Assembly (NCBI GenBank): GCA_044892525.1
Contig: CM097885.1
Coordinates: 21,454,001 to 21,518,000 of the forward strand
Origin: Schmidtea polychroa
Lineage: Eukaryota
Reading direction: 5' to 3'
Length of the DNA: 64,000 nucleotides
Shown here: piece by piece, positions 20,307 to 31,400 of the stretch
How positions within the stretch are numbered: position 1 is the first letter of the stretch
Layout of the letters: the number at the start of each line of letters is the position of its first letter
Made by a program: the position numbers and the translations under genes
The notes under the pieces: model-generated
Databases searched by the model: none
Told to the model about the DNA's origin: nothing
Seen by the model: the letters and a program-made list of their open reading frames with translations, nothing else

Positions 20307-21176
20307 TAAACTGAGGTTTCCTTTACTTTTTCGCCTCGTTCGGTTAGCTATGCTATCAATTTTTCCTCTTTTTAATATCCTTTGATAAATTTTCTACTTT
20401 GTCAATCGAGCTCGATGTTTCCTAAGTATTTTTCTCGCTTTAATCTTTACGATTCTCTAACTCTTCTTGGATTTGGTTTTATTAATTTCCTTGATTCTTC
20501 GCTTCTAATTGATTTCTCTATATCTCTTGATTTCTATTGCTTTCTTGATTTCTTTGATTTCTTTCTGAATTGTTTGCTTTATTCTAAAATAATTAACACC
20601 TCTAGTACATATCATAAATTCTCTTTATTAAACCCTTCATTTACTTTCCCTTTTCCCTTTATTTTACTGTCCCTTCGCTTCAAATTTTCTAGCTTTTCTA
20701 CACTTCTCGCTATTCGCCCCATTTTGATTTTAAGTTGATTTTAAATTATCTATAACTCGTATCAATTATCTATATAGTCGTATCAATTATCTATCCCTTT
20801 TATTATTATCATAGAAATATAATATTAATCACATAAATATCAAAATAAACATATCATTAATAAATAAAATTCAATAATTCAACTACTATCTATTCGTTCG
20901 CTTTTCCCCATCCAAAAACTGGTTTAGTTTTCGCTTGCGCCGGCGCTTTATCATAATTCTCCTCTACTCATTACATATTTATCGCACTTAATCTATTTCA
21001 GTTTAATCAATTTCATAGTTAATCATTGATGCTTTGGTTCGCGCGACCTCTACATCCACCTTTATTTACCATCGGCTCTCTGGCCGGTTTGTTCAACTCC
21101 TTTATTTTCATTTAAATCATTTCACTCAATTACCATCGGCTCCTTGGCCGGTTTAATCAACTCATTTTAATCTCAT

Positions 21177-21490
21177 GAAGTCTTTTACGACTCCTAGACG
21201 CCTGGGCTTTTACACCATTACGCCATATAATCTATTATTACCCATCAACGCTTTGGTTTGTTAGACCTCCGCGTCGGCATCGGCTTCCGGCCGGTTTAAT
21301 CAAAATTGAAGTCTTTTACGACTCCTAGACGCCTGGGCTTTTACACCATTACGCCATATACTCTACTATTACCCATCAACGCTTTGGTTTGTTAGACCTC
21401 CGCGTCGGCATCGGCTTCCGGCCGGTTTAATCAAAATTGAAGTCTTTTACGACTCCTAGACGCCTGGGCTTTTACACCATTACGCCGTAT
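21177..21490. repeat. 131-bp tandem repeat (~2.4 copies) in the element leader
   Basis: gaagtcttttacgactcctagacgcc at 21177, 21308 and 21439. Confidence 0.92.
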
Positions 21491-22896
21491 TCGCGGTCTT
21501 CGGTCCCTGACCGGTTTCAAATGCCCTAAATGAGGTTTCTTCAACCCCCAGACGCCTTCGGTTTTAACACCTACTATCGTCCCTACCGCGATTAAATTGA
21601 GTTGACAGTTGACTTTCGGGCTAATCAAAAATTCGAGGCTCCTCCTACTCCAACTCTTAATCTGCTGAGGCCTCACAACTGGCTCAATTCTTGGCCGCTT
21701 ATTGAAAAGAGTCTAATACCGGTAACTCTAATCTCATCGCCGTTTCACTGGGCCTATCGGTACTCGGTGTGGGCATCCGGGTTTTGTACCGACCCCTGCT
21801 AGCAATAATCACGAAGAAAAAACATCCTATCTATCAGGATTTAAAAAAAAACACGGAAATGCCTAATCGCCTTGATCGTGATTCTCAAAAGTGATGAACC
21901 AGATCTCCCGACTAGTGAAGCTAAAAGGAAATTGGGTATGCAGTTGACTCTCGGTCTCCCGCCTCACAACTGGTCCAATCTTGGTTGCCTGTTGAGTACG
22001 AGTCCTTTACCGGTTGACTCGCATCTCACAACCGTTTCACTGGGCTCCTTGATACTCGGTGTAGGTAACTGGGTCTCTCTCGCTCGCTACCCTTCCGGGT
22101 TTTTGTATCAAGTCCCGCTAGCAACTCAAAAAGTGCGCCCAATACTCGGTGTGGCATCCGGGTTTTTGTATTGGGTGATCCAGCATCATCAGTCCCTTGG
22201 CTGATAATCTCCTGGACACTACAGTCCGGTGGTTAGCCGCTGTACTCGGGTGCCTCATCACTCGCTAGGGAAAAATCATTATTCTCATCTGATTTGAAGT
22301 CCAAAAACGGTTTCTTCAAATCCGCAGCTGCTCTCGGATTAAATTTTTAACATTTAGCGCGCGTTTTTCAATTTTTATTTTATTTTTCTATTTTTATTCA
22401 CCCTTTTAGTCAGTCCCCGTCTCCCAGACAAAAAAATATAATAATCGCGTTGGTTCGTTTCCCACAAGTGGTGATCAGTCACTGGACAGAAACTCCCCAA
22501 CATTTGCGATGGATCCTACTACATTCTCTCATCAGGGTGATCAGGATTTCCCCATCCGGGCAAGTGTCGTAAGGACGATTCACTTGTCATCCCCTCATTA
22601 TCGTATCTCTTTATGCCAAAATAACAAACAGGAAGAAAAGAAAATTGGAAATAAAAATCGTACTGATCTTAGCGATCAGCTCATTCATACGACTATGATC
22701 AGTCCTGCATTCAACTTTGATTTTAGTTCTAATTGCTGTGTTGCTTGTCTATTTATTTAACGTATTTTGTGTCCTTTATATGTCTATGTTCATCGTATGT
22801 TTTACACCTTTCGGTTGCTATAATGGATTTTTAATATAATTTACTAATTTTATCACTTCATATTCATTCACAAGAAATTTATTTGACAACATCTCC

Positions 22897-23379
22897 TTAT
22901 GGGAGGTATATTACAATTTTCTCTCTAACATTCGTATCGCATACGTTGCATCGTTTAATTTTCTCTGCGCAATTCTCGCAGTAGCATAAATGACCACATG
23001 GAATCGTCATTACTCGTATTTCATTGGTTCTGCATATGAAGCATTTTCTAAAATCTTTAACTTGATGTTCGATTGCTTCTTTAATTTCTTCCTCGATCGT
23101 TTCCATTTTTATCATTATCTCCTGCCATTTGATGTTAAATTTGGCATTGTCTAATCGTAAATTTTGAAGTTGATAAACTCTTTTAGTGGTCAATTCTGCA
23201 TTAGGTGTCGCTATTTTCATCATTACACATATTTCCTCAGCTTGCGGTCTTGGATTCAAGCTCATCTCATCTTGGATTTTTATTAACTGGTCCGCTTTGC
23301 GATTTAGCCGTTGTAACGAATTGTGTGTTAAATCTACGAATTTTTCGAGTCTCTTTGTAATGTAGCCGGTTGATTCCAT
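22897..23379 (-). CDS. Coiled-coil + IAP-type RING protein, 160 aa, between PBS and gag
   Basis: CFIC..IPCGHLCYCENC..CNVC..VIYLP terminus; acceptor CTTAATTAG|ATG. Confidence 0.85.
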   Translation of the reverse strand: MESTGYITKRLEKFVDLTHNSLQRLNRKADQLIKIQDEMSLNPRPQAEEICVMMKIATPNAELTTKRVYQLQNLRLDNAKFNIKWQEIMIKMETIEEEIKEAIEHQVKDFRKCFICRTNEIRVMTIPCGHLCYCENCAEKIKRCNVCDTNVREKIVIYLP

Positions 23380-24077
23380 CTAATTAAGATTTATTAATTA
23401 AAGTTCTCTTTTTATTAATATTCCGCGTCATTTTCCCCCTTTGTCGTTTTTCCCCCTAATATCCAGAATACTTTATTTTATTAGTGCTTCGATAAACCTT
23501 TACATTCTACTTATTACCCTTAACAACCCCGTCTCCCTCTGTTTAATGCTCTATTCCGCGCACATTTCTTTCATGATCTTGTGATTTTATTACAATCGTT
23601 TTAATTATATATAACTCATATCCCATTCCTTATCGCCATATTTTACACGTTTTCTGATTAAGTTTAATTTCATTGTTCATTTGTTCTATCTTTATTAGCG
23701 TGCTATCCCCCCTTTTCCCTATTTTTAAATTTTTATTATTTCCTTATATTTACATTTTATTAACCGTTGCTATTTACAATTTTATTATAATTTGTTTTCG
23801 TTTTAATTTTCGTTTATCCTCATTCATTCTATTACTAAGTTATTCGTACAGCATTCTCATACCCACTTTCAATACATTCATATGTCGTCATACTTTAAAA
23901 CTTCCATCACTCATTTAGACATTCTACATACATTTTATCATATTCGCATATCCATATACTAAGTTTAAGCGCTTGGGAAAACACCCTGCTCGGTCTTGAA
24001 TGCATATCACTTTATATCCGCTTTTACTCTCTCTATTATATCTATTCTCGGGTTCTTTCACCAATTAAATTTTCAAT

Positions 24078-24095
24078 ATCCCGGCTGAGCCCCCA
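24078..24095 (-). other. Primer-binding site complementary to tRNA-Pro 3' end
   Basis: TGGGGGCTCAGCCGGGAT, 16/18 identical to the MLV tRNA-Pro PBS TGGGGGCTCGTCCGGGAT, just inside the LTR. Confidence 0.9.
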
Positions 24096-24501
24096 AATTT
24101 GTATGGTGGGTTACTGGTGGTTGAATGATTGAGTGCTGTTACCAGCGTAACCCAAAATACAACATTGTTTTTCCGCTTGGTACCCGTTGAGTGATCAACG
24201 TTGGTACTGTACCAAGGGTTGAGTACTCGCAAAAAGTGAGCGCATCAAAGCACTATAGTTGTCGAGTACTCCGTGGGTTCACGGACTACCGATAGAAGGT
24301 GTGTGTCCGATTTCTCAGGTCCCTTTATCAAAATTGTTTTCCCAACCTTATGCACAAACTCTCATTTCCCAGGCAATCATAAACTGTACTAGTCATTATT
24401 TTATCACTACAAAACGTGCAGTATTTTAACAAGGAACATATTATTTGAAGACTACCACAATACATAAAAATACTACAAAACACCTAAAACCGAATATAAG
24501 T

Positions 24502-24971
24502 TCAAACAGGCCTATTGGTAGGACTGGCCAATTCCGTCGCAGCTGCTAGTGACGAATTTGCTTGTCGCTCGTATTCGGCCAGTCTAGCTTTCTTCAATTT
24601 TTCCCGAATATTTCGGCCTAACCGCTTTCTTTTGGGTTTCTCTTTCGCGGCCGGGGGGTATATTGCTGCTAGTTCCACGGTCAACGGCCGGATTTGGTTT
24701 ATGGCGGCTCCGTGAACTACTTGTTCATTTCGCTCGGTTTCTAGCGCGCGGAGCTGGAGCTTCAGTGCCCGGATCTCCATCTGATCCTGCGCGGCTTGAG
24801 TCTGCAGTTGAAGGACCCGCGCCACCTTCCTTTTCATATCCTCGGGACTAAACCAGGTGCTTTCTAGTTCCCGGCACCGTCCCTTGAGCTTGTCTACTCG
24901 TATGCGGAGCTCCTCGGACTGTTTTTGAGCTTCTGCCCTATCCCTTCGCAGATTTTCCAATAGTTTGAACA
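24502..24971 (-). CDS. LTR-encoded coiled-coil protein with basic tail (3' exon)
   Basis: Homologous to 39032-39465 (ESTWFxPxxMK, AQDQxExRAL). The track's GTG start is really the acceptor TCTAG|TG. Confidence 0.75.
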
Positions 24972-25181
24972 CTAGATAAATTCAACGATTATATTCTTGC
25001 AGCATACTATTCATTCAATTATAAAATAAAATCAATATTATAAATAAACATAGTTTCGGAGGTTAAGCACGCAATACACAAGATGATTTATTAAAAGGAC
25101 TGAAATAATTATCACTAAAATCAAAGTTTAATAAAGTCACAACTGAATGATAATTTGCAAAAACAAAATTTCGACGATAAG

Positions 25182-25547
25182 TCAGTTCAGTCGCTTGCGA
25201 GGCCTTCCCCTCTTCCGCGGGGTTGCCTCGGCCTCTTCTAGGTCCTCCACGGTTTTTCCCTCCTTTTCTGCTTGGATTTGTAGCTCGATCTTCTTGAGCC
25301 GCATCTGAGCTGCTTCTACCTCGATGGCCGCTCGGTCGCGGGCCTCTTGCAAAAAATCGTTTGTGGGCTCTGTTTTTACCCACGCCGGAGCGTCCGGCTC
25401 CGGCCCACTCCTGATTACTGGGCCAAAGTTGTCGAGGTCCAAACCCCGATTCCAATCATGGATACGGTGCCATATGTACCGTGTACGGAGTCTGGTAAGC
25501 ATCTGTCGGTCGGCTTCTTCGTGGCTATCGCTGTCAGAGTAGGACAT
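25182..25547 (-). CDS. LTR-encoded AT-hook protein, 121 aa
   Basis: C-terminal TPRKRGRPRKR; LTRLRTRYIWHRIHDW shared with 39969-40451; acceptor TTTTGTAG|AAATG. Confidence 0.75.
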   Translation of the reverse strand: MSYSDSDSHEEADRQMLTRLRTRYIWHRIHDWNRGLDLDNFGPVIRSGPEPDAPAWVKTEPTNDFLQEARDRAAIEVEAAQMRLKKIELQIQAEKEGKTVEDLEEAEATPRKRGRPRKRLN

Positions 25548-26059
25548 TTCTACAAAATAATAATCAAGCCCCTCTATACTGATTGAGATACGACGTCAAC
25601 CACAAGATTTTGTTGACCCCTTTTCCCTTTTAAAAAAAAAATATTTTATTTTTAAGACTAACATCTATAAGCTTAGGAGTAGTGGAATAAGGTTTCCTAC
25701 TTTATCAAAACAAACACACAAAAAAAAATTTTCGTCAAAATTCGTTTGTTTAAATTAATCATTTCCATTCAAAATTTTGTTTACCACTGAGTAGTAATTT
25801 TAATTACTATTTATAAATTTTAATTTACATGTTAATAAAATGTGAATTTTTTCCTTTTTGATCGTCATTTTTAGGCCACTAAATTCGGGCACGCTGGGGC
25901 GACAGGTACTAGCAACGAACTAAGCTCTTCGTCTGCTTACCTTTCCTTCGGTTGTGCTCGTTATGAGTGGTTTGCTCTGCATACAAGTAATTTATTTAAT
26001 TTGCTAATTTCTAAATTTCCAGGTGATCGATATCGGATTGGGATATCGATTTTTTTGTA

Positions 26060-26420
26060 GTTAACTGTAATAATACCAATAATAATAACAATGAAATAAC
26101 GATACTAATAATAATAATAATAATGACAATAATAATACTAATAATAGCAATGATAGTAATAATAATAAGAATAATAATAGATTTTAATAATGGTAATAAT
26201 AATAATACTAATAATAGTAATAACAAGAATAATAATAAATTTTTATAATGGTACTGATAATGATGATAATAATAATAATGCTAATTATGATATTCATAAT
26301 AATGATAATAATGATATAATAATAATAAGAATAATAATACTAATAGTAATGATAATGTTGATACTGCTAATAGTAATAACAAGGGAAATGATCAGGATTA
26401 TGATGACTATAATTTTATAA
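26060..26420. repeat. Degenerate (AAT)n microsatellite inside the LTR
   Basis: Seen directly; counterpart at 41880-42120. Confidence 0.9.
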
Positions 26421-27693
26421 TCCCATGTTTTAGAATTACAAATTCATGTTTTATAATTTACACTTTGATAATTTTCGATTTATAATTTAAAATTTTTCCA
26501 TTTAGGGATTTACAACCTTGTAATTTATAATTATAATTTCATATTTTGAAATTTATACATTCATATTTTATAAGTTGTAATTGCTTAACTTATAATTTAT
26601 AAGTTTATAATCTAAAATTTATACTTTTGTAATTCGTATTTTCATACTTTATATTTGAAATTTTTAGTCGACGGAATATACTTCTTACAACTTCCTTTCT
26701 ATGATCAACATTGTTTTCCGCAGTACTTACAAATTTCCTGGTCCTATTTGTGGATTAAACTTCAGGGTTCTAGCGCGTCTATCGCCTATCTGTAACCAAT
26801 CCTAAGTTGATTTTTATACGAAAAATTGTTTACTACTATCTCTGATCAGACTTTCTCCATTAACAATTTACATTTTCAGGATCGACGTGATTTGTACCTA
26901 GCTATCGTAATTATTTATAACTTATAGTTTTATAGTTAACAACAAGAGTATTACAACTAAGAGCCTACACATTTACAAACCTTTTAAAGTGGGAACTAGA
27001 TTTAAAATGTCTATCTTTACTCGGAATCAGTATCCCTAGATCAAGTTATACCTGTACGTATGCCGAATATCTCTCTTATTTCTATTACTTTATCAAAGAT
27101 CCTTACTACAAAATCTAGTTCGGCATATGTCTAAGTATAATTGAAATTACCATTATGAATCAACGAGCTACATTAATGTGAGTGTAGAATTGTGTAATTT
27201 TAGGTACGAGCTCTACTCAAATTAGAACCTTAGTGTAGAGTTATTGTTCAGGATTTTAAGTGTTGAGTTTAATTGTATATTACGCAATGAGTCGGGAAGA
27301 ATATTGCTTCCATGGCCCCACTGTGACCACGTCCACAAACCTTAGTGTTGTGTGCTAAGTCAACCATTTACGGCTGACCTTAAATAAATACGAAGAGTCA
27401 GGCGGAGGGTTTCCTCGACCTAACTCCATGGCAGGACCATGAAGTAGTTCGACCTCCGGCTGACCCGAACAAAAAGAAATCATATAATAAATATCACTAT
27501 AATAATGATAATGCGTGTCTGCATGTCCTGTTAATAACGATTTTAATAAATTGGATGCAGGACTGAACAACGACGCAGGAATACCAGTACGCCGTTGATC
27601 ACTCATACATCGCAAAAAAAAAATTTTAAGCAAAAATAAATTTAAAATACCATCTATATAATTAAACAATTAATATACAAATAAAGATCAATG

Positions 27694-27774
27694 CTTACTA
27701 TCGATTTTGGAAATTTCGTCACAAAAATTTGGCATAAAAGTGATTATTGTGACTGAAACGTGTCAGTATATATA
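27694..27774 (-). promoter_or_regulatory. Putative LTR core promoter and leader exon: TATA 27774-27767, Inr-like TCACTT ~27741, donor A|GTAAG at 27699/27698
   Basis: TATA and an A|GTAAG donor recur at equivalent places in LTR copies near 31400-31485 and 43660-43745. Confidence 0.6.
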
Positions 27775-27829
27775 CCTATTTAGTACACGTGTATGTATTG
27801 ATGCATTAAAACAAACTCGAATTCTTTTT

Positions 27830-28150
27830 ATTCCAGAATTTTCTATTTTACGATTTTGCTATTTTTAATGGCAATTTTTGTGCCATAATTTTTGTTTTTA
27901 TTTTTATATTTTTATTTTTTAATTATTTTTCATTAATTTTACGTCCATGATGGATTTGGAACGGTTCCAGAACATTCTATTTTACTTTTAATTTAATTTT
28001 TATTTTAACTGATGTTTTTATGAATTCTTTTTGAGATTTTTTATTTTTAATACTAATTTATTTATTTTCCTTAACTTTTGTTGTTCTAGATAACTCTTGT
28101 GATGGTCATCGCCATTTTTATAGAATGTTCTGGGTTTTTCTGGAATGTTT
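27830..28150. promoter_or_regulatory. Heat-shock elements in LTR U3
   Basis: TTCcaGAAttTTC (27831), TTCcaGAAcaTTC (27965) and an in-phase six-unit array with mismatches (28123-28150). Confidence 0.65.
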
Positions 28151-28429
28151 TACTGTTTTTATCGTCTTTTAAGTTATTCGAGTCTGTTTTTTGTAACTCT
28201 GTGTTTATTTGGTTATTTTTGAGTTAGATTTTTGCATCACTTCTTGCTTTTGTATAATTTTGTTTAATTTCTTTGTTTATGTTTTTGTTGCTTTCTCCTT
28301 TAGTTAATATTGTTTATTTGGTGTAGGTTTTAATATTTAACTATACTTGGTGCTTTTTTACTTGCTGTGTACCTACGCGTTTCAGTCACAATTAGTATTT
28401 TGGGTCTAGAAATCAGTTCTAGCCCAACA

Positions 28430-31400
28430 ATATTAGTAATGATGATAATAACTTTGATGATAATAATAGTATTAATAACAATAGTAGGATAGTTTCCCAT
28501 TTTTTCATTCGAGATTCCCCTTTTCTAATTGTAGAAATTCTACGCTTATGATTTAGGGAGTTACCTTTACAATCTACAGATTTCTGTCTAGAATTCAGCG
28601 TTTATGTTTTACCATTTATGAACTTCTACCTTACAGTGTCTAATTAAATATATCTCGTATATAGTTTAATACTTTATTATTTGCTATTCTGTATTTTGTT
28701 ATTTTATAATCGCCGCTTCAAGTGTTGTAATTTATAAATTTGTGTTAGCTAAATTTGTAATTTTCGGATTCCTAATTCATAGCGTTTTATAAATTTATAA
28801 TTTATCAGTTCTCGTTTCATGAGTTAATTTTGTCGATTTTAGAAATTTATCCTCTACGATCTACAAATTTCCTTTCACTATGATAATTGTGCACTCTTAG
28901 CTCTGCAATTGGTATGGTAAATGCGGGACTATCGTCTAGCTTCTAGTCCATGTTCATTGGACGTCTAGCTGCAGTGCGAGGTCAGAGTTACCAGTCGGTG
29001 TGCTTGCAATTTGTATGCCCCGCAGAGTGAGAGCTTTTTGGTTTACCACTCATACGTTCTAGGTAACCTACAATCCTGGTAAGATAACTGGAATAATTAA
29101 TCGATTTCTCGTTCCTCTAATTCCAGAATGCGGAATGTGCAACTACGTCACTGGTGACTCACAAATTTGTAGATTATATCAATTACCTGATTGGTCTACC
29201 GATTGGCTAGCATGACTGCATGTTACTAAAAATAGATTTCATGCGTGTTGTATCGATCGTTTGATTCCTCCGTAAGTCTAATTTTGTATAATTCTTAAGC
29301 CATAATTTATGATGATCAAACAGGTTCGTCGTAATGCTGTCGGAAGCCTCTGCGGATAATTTTAATTCTGAAGATTTTGGACTATCGGAACTATTGAGTT
29401 CATAACAAGGCGATACTCGATATAACGTTTGCCCTGCCAACTGCTTTGTCGAATGCTCCATGGATTTATCAAACCCACTCGCTTCAAGTTATTCGTTGGA
29501 TTTCGAAAACGATCTCACCGATACAATTGGACGTAAAACAGGATGACATCGCAATCGCTCAACTCCAATCTCAGATATCCATATTGAACGTTGCATGTGA
29601 TCCCAATGACAATTATGATTTCCCATAAATTTTCTTATGTAATAAAGTATTTGTATGGTAAACTGTTTTTGTTTTTATTCAAGTTTAGCTGCGCAAAATT
29701 ATTCGAGTTTACTTGGTAGTGTGACCTACACTTTGGCTTTAGGGTATCTTTATTAATCGTTTTGCACCAGGATTTTTCATAAGTGGGACGGAATTTCCGT
29801 TTATTCTAGAAGCTGGACAAAATTAAGATTTATAGTTCGGAGGTCTTTAGAGGACTTATAGAGCAAACAAAACTTAGATTATCATCGGAAATTTTTAATC
29901 ATTATTCTAATCGAGAGTCAAATAAAATCAGGTGTCTGAGTTATACGTTTCTAAAGCACAAGCATCAATCATAGACTCAGAGTTTATACTTTGGAAATTC
30001 CAGAAAATATAACCTAAATATCTCGAGATTATGAACTCAGTTACCCTATCAAGCTAACATTATGCTCTAAGTATTCAGTCAAATTATAGTTTATAATCAG
30101 TTACCTATTTAAGGAAATGCCTAATACTACGCTATAATTTAGGTATGCATAAATTATCGATGGGGGAATAGGAGTTAGCGTTATACCTTTCAACATTTGA
30201 AAATTATATTTTATATGAAAACCCTAATTTCTAATTTAAATGGCTAAATATGTAAATAATTTATAAAATTCTATTATATTTTTATACCTTATATTTTAAA
30301 ACTAGCTTCCGTAATCTATTAAAGTTACACTTTATCAATTGGTACTATTATATAATATACTCTATATTTTCAACGGCACGCAAAGCCATATTTCTACTTC
30401 CGCATTAATAAAATATAATATAACCCAAAATTATATCCCAATATCTTCACACATTATATTTTAAATAGGCATAAGGTTATATTTCATAGTAAAAATTTAT
30501 AAGTTATTTCTGAATGTAGCATAAAAGTATATAATTAGTAATTATAAATTATACTTCAAGCAAAGTTATTTTATAATTTCTAAACATTTAACATTTTTAG
30601 ATTACGTTTTCGGACTCATTATTAAGACATATTTCATAAATAAAGGGTAATACGTATTTATAGGTTGTAACTTCGACTACAAATTTGAGCCATAGATTTA
30701 AAGTTAATTAAGTACTTTCATTTGATTATTTACGTTTGTCGAACTTCTTTACGAGGATTTCTACATTTACTCTAAAAATTAAAGAAATTTTTAAAATTAT
30801 ATATCTCAATGCAGTTCGACAAACGTATAGGCATAATCGAGTTTTCCCATGATGATCAACCGACTACATGTGTTCAATTTGGGTCTGAGTTCTACTCAAT
30901 TATGACCTTAGTGTAACCCTATTGTCTACGATTTTTAATGTTGAGATTAAATATGTTTGCTTGTACTCGGGAAGAATGCTTGCTTACACGGCCCCACTGT
31001 GACCGCTACGACAAGCCTTATTGTAGTGTTGTGTCGAAACATCGCTGTCGACCGATAAATAAAATATATGGAGCCATAGCGGAGGGGTTTTATCGACACA
31101 ACTCCATGGTAGAACCATGAAGTGGCCGACCTCCGATGACCAAACAAAAAAAAATATATAAGGTATATTGCCTGTCTGCATGTATAATCGTTATTTTAAA
31201 CTAAATATTAAATGCAGGACTAAATAGAGGCGCACTAAGACGCCGCTGATTAGTCAAAAAATAAAAACAAGTTAGGTCTTGAGAGGGTTAAAACCAATTA
31301 AAATCATTGACGTTAAAATAATTTGCATTAATGAATCAAAACATAAAAATATTATTATTAATGATGAAACAATGAATATCAAAAAGGAAAACTACTTACT

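Larger units (their letters stand above)
1..28429 (-). mobile_element. Giant Ty3/Gypsy (Metaviridae) LTR retroelement, Burro-like; 3' end lies outside the window
   Basis: 5' LTR (TG..CA), tRNA-Pro PBS, uninterrupted ORF with PR-RT-RH-IN order, and co-oriented intronless accessory ORFs running off base 1. Confidence 0.93.
24104..28429 (-). repeat. 5' LTR (~4.3 kb) of the giant element
   Basis: Sense strand starts TGTTGGGCTAGAAC and ends GTAACCCACCA, 8 nt before the PBS (an end at 24100, ..TACA, is an alternative). Same termini and internal order as the TSD-flanked solo LTR at 38714-44397. Confidence 0.85.

Noticed and set aside
330..20738. Many + strand ORFs, e.g. 4275-5177 (300 aa)
   Set aside because: S/F/L-rich antisense shadows of the E/K-rich minus-strand genes, with no domains.
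21177..21490. CRISPR-like array
   Set aside because: Whole units repeat with no unique spacers, no cas genes, eukaryotic context.
24170..24300. Hammerhead or hairpin ribozyme assignment
   Set aside because: No CUGANGA/GAAA core and no hairpin-ribozyme loop consensus in the right order; left unassigned.
25063..25455. 130-aa ORF overlapping the AT-hook gene
   Set aside because: Alternate frame with no counterpart in the solo LTR.
26011..26420. Ile/Leu/Asn-rich ORFs (also 41913-42179)
   Set aside because: Microsatellite translations.
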